Both the position numbers and the translations under genes were made by a program. A stretch of DNA of 37,672 nucleotides from the IMG/VR virus record IMGVR_UViG_3300045580_000209, positions 1-37,672 of that record; one strand, written 5' to 3'. The notes under the pieces were generated by a model. It was not told where the DNA came from. It saw nothing but the letters and a program-made list of their open reading frames with translations, and did no database searches. The DNA is from a virus (Duplodnaviria; Caudoviricetes). Positions 16,101 through 24,881 of this stretch are shown here, in pieces. Numbering within the stretch: position 1 is the stretch's first letter; each line of letters begins with the position of its first letter.

Positions 16101-16335
16101 CCGCGAATCGCGAAGCGATGAGCGTGATCCGTGGGGGGTTACTGGGGGACAAGGTTCCATAGATGAGGATGAAAACAAGGTTCCAGCGGCTAAATTCCGG
16201 GAAAGGGCGTGGGCTTGAGTCCGAGGGGGGAGATAATGTGTACGTGGTGTAGTAGAAAAAATTCGACCCCCTACCCCTTCTCTTAAAATGCAAACCTGAA
16301 AAAATTTTTATAAAATTTTTTACGGGTATACTTCC
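16101..16335. other. Strand-switch region; candidate genome terminus/packaging and divergent promoter region
   Basis: Non-coding. ATCGC-GAA-GCGAT hairpin, ACAAGGTTCCA direct repeat (16149, 16175), G- and C-runs, A/T palindrome 16299-16321, TATACT at 16327. Confidence 0.5.
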
Positions 16336-16394
16336 CAGGTTCTCGACCGGCGCAGGAGGCCGGTACTCGGTCTTCCGGCGAGAACGAACCACTG

Positions 16395-16868
16395 ATGACG
16401 GACATTAAAAACTGTTCACGGTGCAAGAAGGACTTACCACTGGACACGTTCGAGCTGCTTAAAAGCGGATCCCTACGTTCGGTTTGTCGTCCATGTCGAA
16501 GGGCCAATGCCCGTCAACTAAGGTCCCTTAGCTATAAACCGTACTTGGCCACCCTCTTATCCAGTAACAAAACATCCAGTAAACGCAGAGGGTTTGCGGA
16601 GTACGAACTAACCCTGGATCAGCTTGTCTCCCTATGGGAGTCACAAAACGGCAGATGCGCTGTATCGGGGGTAGTGCTTACCCACCACAACGACGGCACG
16701 GGGGTAAAAGACTTCAACGCCAGTATCGACCGGATAGACTCTACTCTCGGTTACATACCCGGTAATATCCAGCTGGTAGCTTTGCGGGTAAACATAATAA
16801 AACAGGCCCTTAGTACCGACATGTTGTACTGGTGGGTTAAGACTATTTATCAGCACTCTTGTGACTGA
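16395..16868 (+). CDS. HNH-like endonuclease with N-terminal zinc finger
   Basis: CSRC...CRPC; QNGRCAVSG; SIDRIDSTLGYIPGNIQLV..RVN. Confidence 0.8.
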   Translation: MTDIKNCSRCKKDLPLDTFELLKSGSLRSVCRPCRRANARQLRSLSYKPYLATLLSSNKTSSKRRGFAEYELTLDQLVSLWESQNGRCAVSGVVLTHHNDGTGVKDFNASIDRIDSTLGYIPGNIQLVALRVNIIKQALSTDMLYWWVKTIYQHSCD

Positions 16869-16889
16869 TGCTTTAAGGGGCTATCATCT

Positions 16890-17168
16890 ATGGTGCAAGA
16901 AGTCCAGGTCTTTGCTATTAAGGGGTTCGATATGGCCTTGATTGGTACCGCCTACCGCGGGACCAACGAGGTCTTGGTGTATGACGGGTACATAGCCGAG
17001 TCGCTAGTACCGAACCTAGAACCTAAGGCAACGGATCTGCTGGACTACTTGGACAAGATCAAGATAAACAAGCTCGGAGACCGAGCCCCAGTTTTTGTGT
17101 TCTTGAACGAGATGCACATTGGAGACACAGCCGACGCCATCGCAGGTCCAGGAACTCCAATCCACTGA
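16890..17168 (+). CDS. Hypothetical phage protein
   Basis: GFDMALIG...VLVYD pattern; packed between the HNH-like gene and terS. Confidence 0.7.
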   Translation: MVQEVQVFAIKGFDMALIGTAYRGTNEVLVYDGYIAESLVPNLEPKATDLLDYLDKIKINKLGDRAPVFVFLNEMHIGDTADAIAGPGTPIH

Positions 17169-17631
17169 TCACTTGGAACTCCAGTCAATGGTCCCTTACA
17201 TGGGACTAACGCTGGGGGATCTGACTGTTCAGCAGGAGCGACTGGTACTTTACATCACCCGTGGGATGACTATAGCGGCAGCTGGCCGAGCAGCAGGGTA
17301 CGCCTCTCACCAAGCAGCGTGGGAAGCGGCTAAACGCCCGGCTGTGGCTAAAGCCATTGAGTACCTACGGGAGCAGTTTCGAGAAGAAGTGAGGTTCACG
17401 AAGGCGCACGCGCACGCCATGTATTTGGACGCATACAACGCAGCGGCTACATCTACCGAGATGAAGAACACCGTAGACTCGCTGGTTAAGCTCCATGGCT
17501 TGGGCGCGCCGGATAACGCTACGCAGATAAATATCAACGTCAACACCGCACAGCTGGAGCGCATGTCTGATGAAGACCTGCTGAAGCTGGTCGGTAAGGA
17601 CGATAAGTACTTGGAGCCCGAGGCCACTTGA
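17119..17631 (+). CDS. terS: Terminase small subunit
   Basis: LTVQQER...AAAGRAAGYAS HTH, ...KLHGL; overlaps the terL start. Start codon uncertain. Confidence 0.78.
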   Translation: METQPTPSQVQELQSTDHLELQSMVPYMGLTLGDLTVQQERLVLYITRGMTIAAAGRAAGYASHQAAWEAAKRPAVAKAIEYLREQFREEVRFTKAHAHAMYLDAYNAAATSTEMKNTVDSLVKLHGLGAPDNATQININVNTAQLERMSDEDLLKLVGKDDKYLEPEAT

Positions 17632-19280
17632 CAGAGGCAGTCCCAACTAGGCGCTGTAAACGGTGCAAGAACACGCACCCAGTTACTCTGTATTCGAGTG
17701 ACGTGGACGGGTTGTGTGTCTATTGCAAGGCCGACGACGCGGATGCCCTGCCAGCACCTAACCAGCTGGAAAAGGACGCGCTGGCTGAGCAGCTGTCGGT
17801 GGAACAGAAAGCCAAGCGGGAGCTGGCCTTCAGACTTCTTGCAAGGAAGCGGTTGTTACCTTTTGTGGAGAAGTTCAATCCAGACTATTTGGCAGGGTGG
17901 GTACACAAAGATGTTTGCAAACGACTTGAACAGTTTTCTAGGGACGTTGTGGCGCAAAAGTCGCCTCGGCTTATGCTCTTTATGCCGCCGCGTCACGGAA
18001 AGTCGACGCTTGCGTCTGTGGCGTTCCCGGCTTGGCATCTGGGGCGTAACCCTGAGCACGAGTTTATTAGTTGCTCGTATTCGGGTTCGCTTGCGATGGG
18101 CTTTAGTCGCAAGGTACGCCAAGTACTGCGTGAACCGACATATAAAGCGGTCTTCAAGACGCGCCTGGACCCGGATAGTCAAAGCGCTGAAGCGTGGTTG
18201 ACCACGGCTGGCGGTGGCTTCGTGGCTGCCGGTGTAGGCGGTGGTATCACCGGTAAGGGCGCGCACGTCCTCGTTATCGACGACCCAGTTAAGAACCGTG
18301 AGGACGCCGAGAGCCAGAACAACCGCGACGCTAACTGGGACTGGTATACGTCAACGGCGTACACCCGCTTAGCCCCCGGTGGTGGGGTGCTGGTGATCCT
18401 TACCCGCTGGCATGACGACGATCTCGCGGGGCGGCTGCTTAAGGCCGGTGCCGAAGGTGGTGATGAGTGGGAAGTTGTTAGGTATCCGGCTATAGCGGAA
18501 GAAGACGAAGAGTTCCGCAAAGCCGGCGAGCCGTTGCACGCAGAGCGGTACAGTGTTGATGCCCTACGCCGTATCGAACGCGCTGTCGGCCCCCGAGACT
18601 GGTCCGCGCTGTATCAGCAGAACCCTGTCGCCGACGACGGTCAGTATTTCACCAGAAGCATGGTGCAGTACTATGACCCGGAGGCGGTAGATCAGGAGAA
18701 GCTCCGGTACTACTGCGCGTGGGACCTGGCCATCGGTAAGAACGACCGAAACGACTACAGCGTAGGGCTCGTTGTCGGTATTGATGAACGCGACCAGATG
18801 TACGTAATGGACTGTGTTCGCGGCAGATGGGACGGTTTTGAGCTGGTTGAGCGTATACTTGACCTGTACGAGCAGTGGAAACCCTCCATCATTGGCATCG
18901 AAAAGGGACACATAGAAATGGCGCTTGGCCCGTTTCTCGAAAAACGCGTGCGTGAGCGCGGGCTCTATGAGGCTTACTTCAAAGACCTCAAGACCGGGCG
19001 TCGCGATAAGGAGGCCCGAGCTCGAGCCATCCAAGGTCGTATGCAGCAGGGGATGGTTTACTTCCCCCGGGACGCCGCGTTTTCTGGACCATTGATTGCC
19101 GAATTACTTCGTTTCCCTAACGGTACACATGACGACCAAGTAGACGCTCTGGCGTGGATTGGTCTGATGATGTCTGAATTCTCTACCTTTATTACCAAGG
19201 TTGAACACGTGCCCTCCTGGCGGGACAGGCTCTTAGCTATTGCTCGCGGACCCCGCCAACGATCCGCGATGAGTGCGTAA
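17628..19280 (+). CDS. terL: Terminase large subunit
   Basis: MPPRHGKS, GITGKGA, VIDDP, TRWHDDDL, YQQNP, AWDLA, HDDQVDA. Confidence 0.95.
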   Translation: MTEAVPTRRCKRCKNTHPVTLYSSDVDGLCVYCKADDADALPAPNQLEKDALAEQLSVEQKAKRELAFRLLARKRLLPFVEKFNPDYLAGWVHKDVCKRLEQFSRDVVAQKSPRLMLFMPPRHGKSTLASVAFPAWHLGRNPEHEFISCSYSGSLAMGFSRKVRQVLREPTYKAVFKTRLDPDSQSAEAWLTTAGGGFVAAGVGGGITGKGAHVLVIDDPVKNREDAESQNNRDANWDWYTSTAYTRLAPGGGVLVILTRWHDDDLAGRLLKAGAEGGDEWEVVRYPAIAEEDEEFRKAGEPLHAERYSVDALRRIERAVGPRDWSALYQQNPVADDGQYFTRSMVQYYDPEAVDQEKLRYYCAWDLAIGKNDRNDYSVGLVVGIDERDQMYVMDCVRGRWDGFELVERILDLYEQWKPSIIGIEKGHIEMALGPFLEKRVRERGLYEAYFKDLKTGRRDKEARARAIQGRMQQGMVYFPRDAAFSGPLIAELLRFPNGTHDDQVDALAWIGLMMSEFSTFITKVEHVPSWRDRLLAIARGPRQRSAMSA

Positions 19281-19281
19281 C

Positions 19282-21432
19282 ATGGCTAAAATGAAACCCC
19301 AGTCTATCGAAGAACAGCAGATTGCCCACCAGCAGTGGAACCGGTATGTCCGGGCCCGTGACAACGGGCATCTGCAGTATGTAGAGATGGCTAAGAAATG
19401 CGACGCGTACTATCGCGGCGATCAGTGGGATACCGCTGACTTGGCTAAGCTTGAGGCTGAAGGCCGTCCGGCGCTGACCATTAACACTATCCTCCCGACC
19501 GTGAACACCGTTCTCGGAGAACAGTCCACGCGCCGTGCTGATATTCAGTTCAAGCCACGCCGTGGCGGGGATCAGGATGTAGCTACCGTCCTAACTAAGT
19601 TGTACATGCAGATCGCGGACAACAATAAGCTCGACTGGGTCGAGCAGCAGGTGTTCAGCGACGGCCTCATCATGGACGGGCGCGGATACTTTGACGTTCG
19701 CATGGACTTCACCGATCACGTAGAGGGTGAGGTACGAATTGTCGCCAAGGACCCGATCGACATCCTTATCGATCCAGATGCTAAGGAGTATGATCCAGCT
19801 ACGTGGAACGAGGTGTTTGAGACCAAATGGATGACCCTCGACGAGATCGAGGAACTATACGGTGCCGACAAGGCCGAAGCGCTACGCTTCGTCGCCGAGA
19901 ACGGGAACGGCTTCGGTCGAGACTCGATCGAATACGAAGAGACGCGTTACGGCAAAACTGACAGCGCACAGGATTACCTTGGCGCCGCGATTCCGGGCAA
20001 CGACGACTACCGGAACGTAAAAGCCCTACGTGTAATTGAGCGGCAGCACCGCCGGATGGGCCGGGCTGATTTCTTCGTTGACCCTAACACCGGTGATCAG
20101 CGAGAGGTTCCTGAGGACTGGGCTGAGCAGAAGGCGAAGAAGTTCGCGAAGCAGTACGGTCTTGGGATTGTAAGTAAGGTAGTGCGTAAAATCCGTTGGA
20201 CGGTGACGTGCGACAAGGTCGTGCTTCACGACGACTGGTCGCCGTATCAAGGATTCACTATTGTCCCGTATTTCGCCTATTTCCGCCGCGGACGTCCGTT
20301 CGGTATGGTGCGCAATCTGCTCTCTCCGCAGGAGCAGCTCAACAAGATTGCGAGCCAGGAGCTGCATATTGTCAACACCACGGCCAACAGCGGCTGGATG
20401 GTCGAGAGCGGATCACTCGTCGGTATGACGGCTGATGACCTAGAGGAACACGGCGCCGAAACCGGGTTGGTGCTTGAATATAACCGTGGCTCGCAGCCAC
20501 CGCTTAAGATTCAGCCTAACCAGATTCCGACTGGGCTCGACCGAATCAGCCAGAAGGCTGCCCTTAACATTAAGACGATCAGCGGTGTGAACGACTCGAT
20601 GCTTGGGTCCGACAGTGCCGAGGTCTCTGGTATCGCTATTCAGGCGAAGCAGAACCGTGGTGCGATCATGATTCAGGTGCCGCTGGATAACTTGCGTAAG
20701 ACCCGTCAGTATCTGGCTGAGAAGATCCTTAACTTGGTGCAGCGCTTCTATACGGAGCAGCGGGTCATCCAGATTACTAACGAAGACGACCCGTTGAAGC
20801 CGCGAGAGCCGCTGGTTGTAAACGAGATGACTCCAGAGGGGCGGGTTATCAACGATCTTACGCTTGGTGAGTACGATGTGGTGGTCGGCACCGCACCGGC
20901 TCGTGACTCGTTCGACGAGATGCAGTTCGCTGAGGCGATTAACCTGCGACAGGTCGGCGTTGCCATACCGGATGACGCTATCATCGAGTATAGTCACCTT
21001 GCCCGTAAGCAGGAGCTTGCTAAGCGCATCCGCATGATGACAGGTGTCGAACAGACTCCGGAGCAGATGGAAGCTAATGACATGCAGGCGGAGCTTGCGA
21101 TGCAGCAGGTTCAGCTCACGCTGGCTAAGATGCAAGCGGAAGTTCAGAAACTGCAGAGTGAAGCGGCCGTCAACGTGGCCAAGGTTCAGGATGTCGCCGA
21201 CGTCCAGCCGCAGCTTAAGATGGCGGAGCTTCAGACGCAGATCTCCCTCAAAGAGCGTGAGCTTGAGCTTAGACGCGAGCTTGCCTCTCTCACCAATCAG
21301 ACTCGTCGTTCGCAGCAGGAGACAGCTGCGGCGACGCGTATCGCAGCCACTGTCATGCAGACAGCAGCGAAGACGCAGAACCAGGGTACGCCGCGACCCA
21401 TCCCGAATATGCGGCCGATGACCCCACAATAG
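19282..21432 (+). CDS. Portal protein (P22-like, with long C-terminal coiled coil)
   Basis: YYRGDQW, GRPALTIN, SGIAIQAKQ; Q/E/A-rich helical tail; follows terL. Confidence 0.92.
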   Translation: MAKMKPQSIEEQQIAHQQWNRYVRARDNGHLQYVEMAKKCDAYYRGDQWDTADLAKLEAEGRPALTINTILPTVNTVLGEQSTRRADIQFKPRRGGDQDVATVLTKLYMQIADNNKLDWVEQQVFSDGLIMDGRGYFDVRMDFTDHVEGEVRIVAKDPIDILIDPDAKEYDPATWNEVFETKWMTLDEIEELYGADKAEALRFVAENGNGFGRDSIEYEETRYGKTDSAQDYLGAAIPGNDDYRNVKALRVIERQHRRMGRADFFVDPNTGDQREVPEDWAEQKAKKFAKQYGLGIVSKVVRKIRWTVTCDKVVLHDDWSPYQGFTIVPYFAYFRRGRPFGMVRNLLSPQEQLNKIASQELHIVNTTANSGWMVESGSLVGMTADDLEEHGAETGLVLEYNRGSQPPLKIQPNQIPTGLDRISQKAALNIKTISGVNDSMLGSDSAEVSGIAIQAKQNRGAIMIQVPLDNLRKTRQYLAEKILNLVQRFYTEQRVIQITNEDDPLKPREPLVVNEMTPEGRVINDLTLGEYDVVVGTAPARDSFDEMQFAEAINLRQVGVAIPDDAIIEYSHLARKQELAKRIRMMTGVEQTPEQMEANDMQAELAMQQVQLTLAKMQAEVQKLQSEAAVNVAKVQDVADVQPQLKMAELQTQISLKERELELRRELASLTNQTRRSQQETAAATRIAATVMQTAAKTQNQGTPRPIPNMRPMTPQ

Positions 21433-21442
21433 GAGATTGGGT

Positions 21443-22447
21443 ATGACGGAAGAGAAGAAGGAAGTATCGTTTGATGTGATGCCCGGAGCGGACCCCATCG
21501 AGCCAGCCCCGGAAAAGGCGTTTGATTTTAACTTTGGGCTGGGTGAGAACACTGAGCCACAGGCTGTCGCTGCAGAACCGGCCACGGAACCGGCCATTGA
21601 AGCACCGGAACCTGTTGCAGCGCCGGAGCCGCAGGCTGAGGTTGAACCGGTTGTTGAACCGGTCGCTCAAGAGGCGCCTCCGCCCGAGGTGAAGAAGGCT
21701 CCGGAACCGGAGACCAAGCAGAAGATGGTGCCTAAGTCGCGCCTAGACGAGGTGTTGGCTAAACAGAAGGCGCTCCAGAAGCAGCTCGATGACCTAATGG
21801 CAGCGAAAACCGCCATTGAAACTGCTCCGGACACCTATGATTTCGCCTCAAAAGAGGTGGAGTATCAGAACATGGTGCTCGACGGGCAGCATGATAAGGC
21901 TGCGGCGCTCCGAGCGGAGATCCGTAAGGCAGAACGAGCTCAGCTTGAGTTTGAGCTGACCCAAAAAGTTGAGCAAAAGGTCACTCAGAGCCAGCAGATG
22001 TCGGCTTTGCAGCAGGCTGCGGCGGAGTTGGAGACGAACTTTCCGGTTTTCGACCGCAACAGCCCCGACTTTAATGAGAAATATACGCAGGAAGTGATTG
22101 ATCTGCGTGACGCATTTATAGTCAAGGGCGAAAATCCTGTCGCTGCACTCTCAAAGGCGGCCAAGTTCGTACTCCGTGAGTACGATTTGGTCGACATGGG
22201 CACCCCTGAAGCCCCGTCTCTTGCGGCTACACCCGCCGCTAAGCCGGCGGTGGTCGATGAGGTCGCTAAGAAGCGAGCGGACGTCGCTAAAAAGCTTAAA
22301 GTGGCTGAATCACAGCCGCCTCAGCTCGTCGGTGAAAGTTCTGCGTCCCGCGGTGAGAAGGCGTTTGACATCTCTACCCTCACTGAGGACGAGTTTAATG
22401 CCCTCCCAGCGGCTACGCTGAAGCGGCTGCGTGGAGATGTCGTCTGA
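21443..22447 (+). CDS. Scaffolding-like protein
   Basis: Acidic Pro/Glu-rich N-terminus, VPKSRLDEV, coiled coil; SD AGGAG; lies between portal and capsid. Confidence 0.8.
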   Translation: MTEEKKEVSFDVMPGADPIEPAPEKAFDFNFGLGENTEPQAVAAEPATEPAIEAPEPVAAPEPQAEVEPVVEPVAQEAPPPEVKKAPEPETKQKMVPKSRLDEVLAKQKALQKQLDDLMAAKTAIETAPDTYDFASKEVEYQNMVLDGQHDKAAALRAEIRKAERAQLEFELTQKVEQKVTQSQQMSALQQAAAELETNFPVFDRNSPDFNEKYTQEVIDLRDAFIVKGENPVAALSKAAKFVLREYDLVDMGTPEAPSLAATPAAKPAVVDEVAKKRADVAKKLKVAESQPPQLVGESSASRGEKAFDISTLTEDEFNALPAATLKRLRGDVV

Positions 22448-22731
22448 TGGCTACGCGTGACCCGCGTTTAGCCCGAGCTGGTGTCTCTGGCTACAACAAA
22501 CCTAAGCGTACACCTAGCCACCCGACAAAAAGCCACGTAGTTGTGGCTAAGTCTGGTGACCAAGTTAAGACGATTCGCTTCGGACAGCAGGGCGTCAGCG
22601 GCTCCCCCCGTAAAAAGGGGGAGTCGGAAGCCTATCGCAACCGGCGAGAGTCGTTCAAAGCCAGACACGCGTCGAATATTGCTAGGGGCAAGATGTCTGC
22701 TGCGTACTGGGCGGATAAAGTTAAATGGTAA
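22447..22731 (+). CDS. Small basic phage protein
   Basis: GYNKPKRTPSHPTKSHVV...IRFGQQG...SFKARH...SAAYWADKVKW; TGATG coupling. Confidence 0.85.
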   Translation: MATRDPRLARAGVSGYNKPKRTPSHPTKSHVVVAKSGDQVKTIRFGQQGVSGSPRKKGESEAYRNRRESFKARHASNIARGKMSAAYWADKVKW

Positions 22732-22741
22732 GGGGGAAGTA

Positions 22742-22921
22742 ATGGCTAAGAACTGGATCAAGGACGCGATTAAGAAGCCCGGTGCCCTGCGTAAGAGCAT
22801 GGGCGTTAAGAAGGACGAAAAGATCCCGGCTAAAGAGCTGCGTGCAGCGGCTAAGAAGCCGGGTAAGACTGGCCAGCGCGCTCGTTTGGCTATGACCCTC
22901 CGCAAGATGAACCGAGGTTGA
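22742..22921 (+). CDS. Small very basic protein (59 aa)
   Basis: MAKNWIKDAIKKPGALRKSMG...RARLAMTLRKM; SD GGGGAAG. Confidence 0.8.
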   Translation: MAKNWIKDAIKKPGALRKSMGVKKDEKIPAKELRAAAKKPGKTGQRARLAMTLRKMNRG

Positions 22922-22923
22922 GT

Positions 22924-23025
22924 ATGAAACCCTGTCCTAACTGCCCAACGCCCTCTCGCTGCGCTAAGGCGGGAAAATGCCTGAAGAAAACTGCTAGTGG
23001 GCCGCGTAAAAAAAGCAAATACTAG
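22924..23025 (+). CDS. Tiny basic Cys-rich protein (33 aa, not in the ORF track)
   Basis: MKPCPNCPTPSRCAKAGKCLKKTASGPRKKSKY*, SD GAGGT. Confidence 0.6.
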   Translation: MKPCPNCPTPSRCAKAGKCLKKTASGPRKKSKY

Positions 23026-23054
23026 TTGCGAACTTTATAATCTGTTGTTAATCT
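23026..23054 (+). promoter_or_regulatory. Putative sigma70 promoter for the capsid transcript
   Basis: TTGCGA-17nt-TAATCT (also TATAAT at 23036) in an AT-rich patch; start would fall near 23061. Confidence 0.5.
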
Positions 23055-23064
23055 ACAACTGAAC

Positions 23065-23256
23065 TCGTCCGTTGGAACGATATCCAGCCGTGTCGCACAC
23101 GTAAAAAACGTGTTTGAACCCCGCCTGCGTAGGCGTTAAACCCGCCGAGATCGCGTCTCGTGAACACGCGCTAAGTCGTTACCCCACGATACGGGAGAAC
23201 GGGTTAGCCGCACCAAAGAAGTCGGCAATAGCCTGGTAATGCAGGTGCATTACTGG
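23065..23256 (+). ncRNA. Structured capsid leader: tandem H-type pseudoknot-like units plus a hairpin
   Basis: Six successive stem-loops whose loops pair with sequence just downstream; details in findings. Confidence 0.65.
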
Positions 23257-23289
23257 ATTTTGTAACGCAATTTATACAGGAGAAGCCAA

Positions 23290-24432
23290 ATGGCTCTTAC
23301 TAATTTTGCGGCGCTGACTAGTGAACAACTCACGGCGTGGAGCCGTGATTTCTGGCGCGTCGCTCGCAATATGTCGTTTGTGAACCAGTTCGCTGGTTCG
23401 GGTTCCAACGCGATGATCACGCGTGTCACTGAGCTGACCAAGTCGGACAAGGGCACGAAGGCCGTTATCACGCTGCTCGCCGACATGACCGGTGACGGTG
23501 TGACGGGTGACAACACCCTCGAGGGCAATGAAGAGGCGCTCCGCGCTTACGACATCACCATCGAGCTCGACCAGCTCCGTTTTGCGAACCGCATTGCCGG
23601 TCGCCTTGCGGATCAGAAGAGCGTGGTGAACTTCCGTGAGACGAGCCGCGACGCGCTTGCGTATGCGATGGCTGATCGTATTGACCAGCTCTCGTTCCTT
23701 ACGCTTGCCGGTGTGGCGTACACGCACAAGACGAACGGTGCGCTTCGCAGCGTTTTGGCCTCGGGCCAGAACCTGTCGAACCTCGAGTTTGCCGCTGACG
23801 TGTCGGCCCCGACGGCATCGCGCCACCGCCGAGTTTCGGGCGACAACATTGTCGCGGGTGACACGACGGCCGTGACGGCGACGGATAAGCTGAAGTATCG
23901 GCACATCGTCGACCTCAAGGCTTACGCCAAGGATCAGTATATCCGTGGCGTGCGTAGCGCTGGCAACGACGAGATGTTCCATCTCTTCGTTACCCCGCAG
24001 CAGATGGCCGCGCTCAAGCTTGATTCGGACTTCCTTGCCAACGTGCGTAACGCTGGCATCCGCGGTCCGAGCAACCAGCTGTTCGCGGGTTCGAGCTCGC
24101 TGATGGTTGACGGCGTGATGGTCCACGAGTTCCGCCATGTGTTTAACACCTCTGGTGCGACGACTGGTACCTCGGCTAACGCCGGTGCGGCTGGCTACAA
24201 GTGGGGTGCGAACGCCAACATCGTTGGTGCGCGTGCTCTGTTCTGCGGCGCCCAGGCTCTTGCCATGGCGGACATCGGTCTGCCGGATATCGTCGAAGAC
24301 ACCTTCGACTACCAGAACCAGTCTGGTATCTCGATCGGCAAGATCTTCGGTCTCCGTAAGCCGAAGTACAACAGCGATGTCACTGCCAGCGTCCAGGACT
24401 TTGGCGTGATCGCTCTCGATACGGCTCAGTAA
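23290..24432 (+). CDS. Major capsid protein (N4-gp56/DUF4043-like)
   Basis: ELTKSDKG, GVTGDNTLEGNEEAL, IELDQLR, LFCGAQALA, DFGVI; strong codon bias; SD CAGGAG; terminator follows. Confidence 0.93.
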   Translation: MALTNFAALTSEQLTAWSRDFWRVARNMSFVNQFAGSGSNAMITRVTELTKSDKGTKAVITLLADMTGDGVTGDNTLEGNEEALRAYDITIELDQLRFANRIAGRLADQKSVVNFRETSRDALAYAMADRIDQLSFLTLAGVAYTHKTNGALRSVLASGQNLSNLEFAADVSAPTASRHRRVSGDNIVAGDTTAVTATDKLKYRHIVDLKAYAKDQYIRGVRSAGNDEMFHLFVTPQQMAALKLDSDFLANVRNAGIRGPSNQLFAGSSSLMVDGVMVHEFRHVFNTSGATTGTSANAGAAGYKWGANANIVGARALFCGAQALAMADIGLPDIVEDTFDYQNQSGISIGKIFGLRKPKYNSDVTASVQDFGVIALDTAQ

Positions 24433-24440
24433 GCCGCCTA

Positions 24441-24475
24441 GGGGGCCCCCTCAACACGAGGGGGCCCTCGTTTTT
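24441..24475 (+). terminator. Rho-independent terminator after the capsid gene
   Basis: GGGCCCCCTC-AACAC-GAGGGGGCCC followed by TCGTTTTT. Confidence 0.85.
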
Positions 24476-24489
24476 AACGAGGAGTACTC

Positions 24490-24873
24490 GTGAAGGTATT
24501 CTCTGATCACGAGATTCGAGTAGCCACCCTTAGCGGTGCAGTCGTACTGTTGTCTCCCGGTGAAGAACGGGAACTGTCCGATGAAATCGGACTTCAATTG
24601 CTTCAGCTTGGAGCTAAGCAAGTAGGCACTGGGAAAGCATCACCGGCTCCTGCGCCGGCTCCTGCGAAAGAAGACCCGCTGATCGATCAGGTCGAAGTAG
24701 TCAAAGTTCTTGACGACGTCGTTACCGCAATCGAAAAGCTGGTCGAACAGGCGGACCCAGAAGACTTTAAGGCAGACGGGACACCCAAGGCGTCTGCCGT
24801 AAATCGGGTTGCTGGCCGGAACGTCAGCACCGAGGACCGAGAGGCTGCTTGGGATTTGTTTATCAAATCGTGA
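24490..24873 (+). CDS. Hypothetical virion-region protein
   Basis: GTG start with SD GAGGAG; C-terminal DFKADGTPK...DREAAW module. Confidence 0.8.
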   Translation: MKVFSDHEIRVATLSGAVVLLSPGEERELSDEIGLQLLQLGAKQVGTGKASPAPAPAPAKEDPLIDQVEVVKVLDDVVTAIEKLVEQADPEDFKADGTPKASAVNRVAGRNVSTEDREAAWDLFIKS

Positions 24874-24881
24874 GGTAGGCC

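Noticed and set aside
15826-16507. ORFs 15826-16218 (+), 16283-16507 (-) and the 5' extension of 15889-16392
   Set aside because: They cross the non-coding switch region; the good SD supports a start at 16056.
20440-21597. 385-aa minus-strand ORF
   Set aside because: Antisense shadow of the codon-biased portal and scaffold genes; no motifs.
23065-23226. Pistol or hammerhead ribozyme, or tRNA, in the capsid leader
   Set aside because: The stem-TAAA units resemble pistol P1, but the remaining helices and catalytic core were not found; no CUGAUGA/GAAA core or cloverleaf.
23272-24138. 288-aa minus-strand ORF
   Set aside because: Antisense shadow of the major capsid gene.
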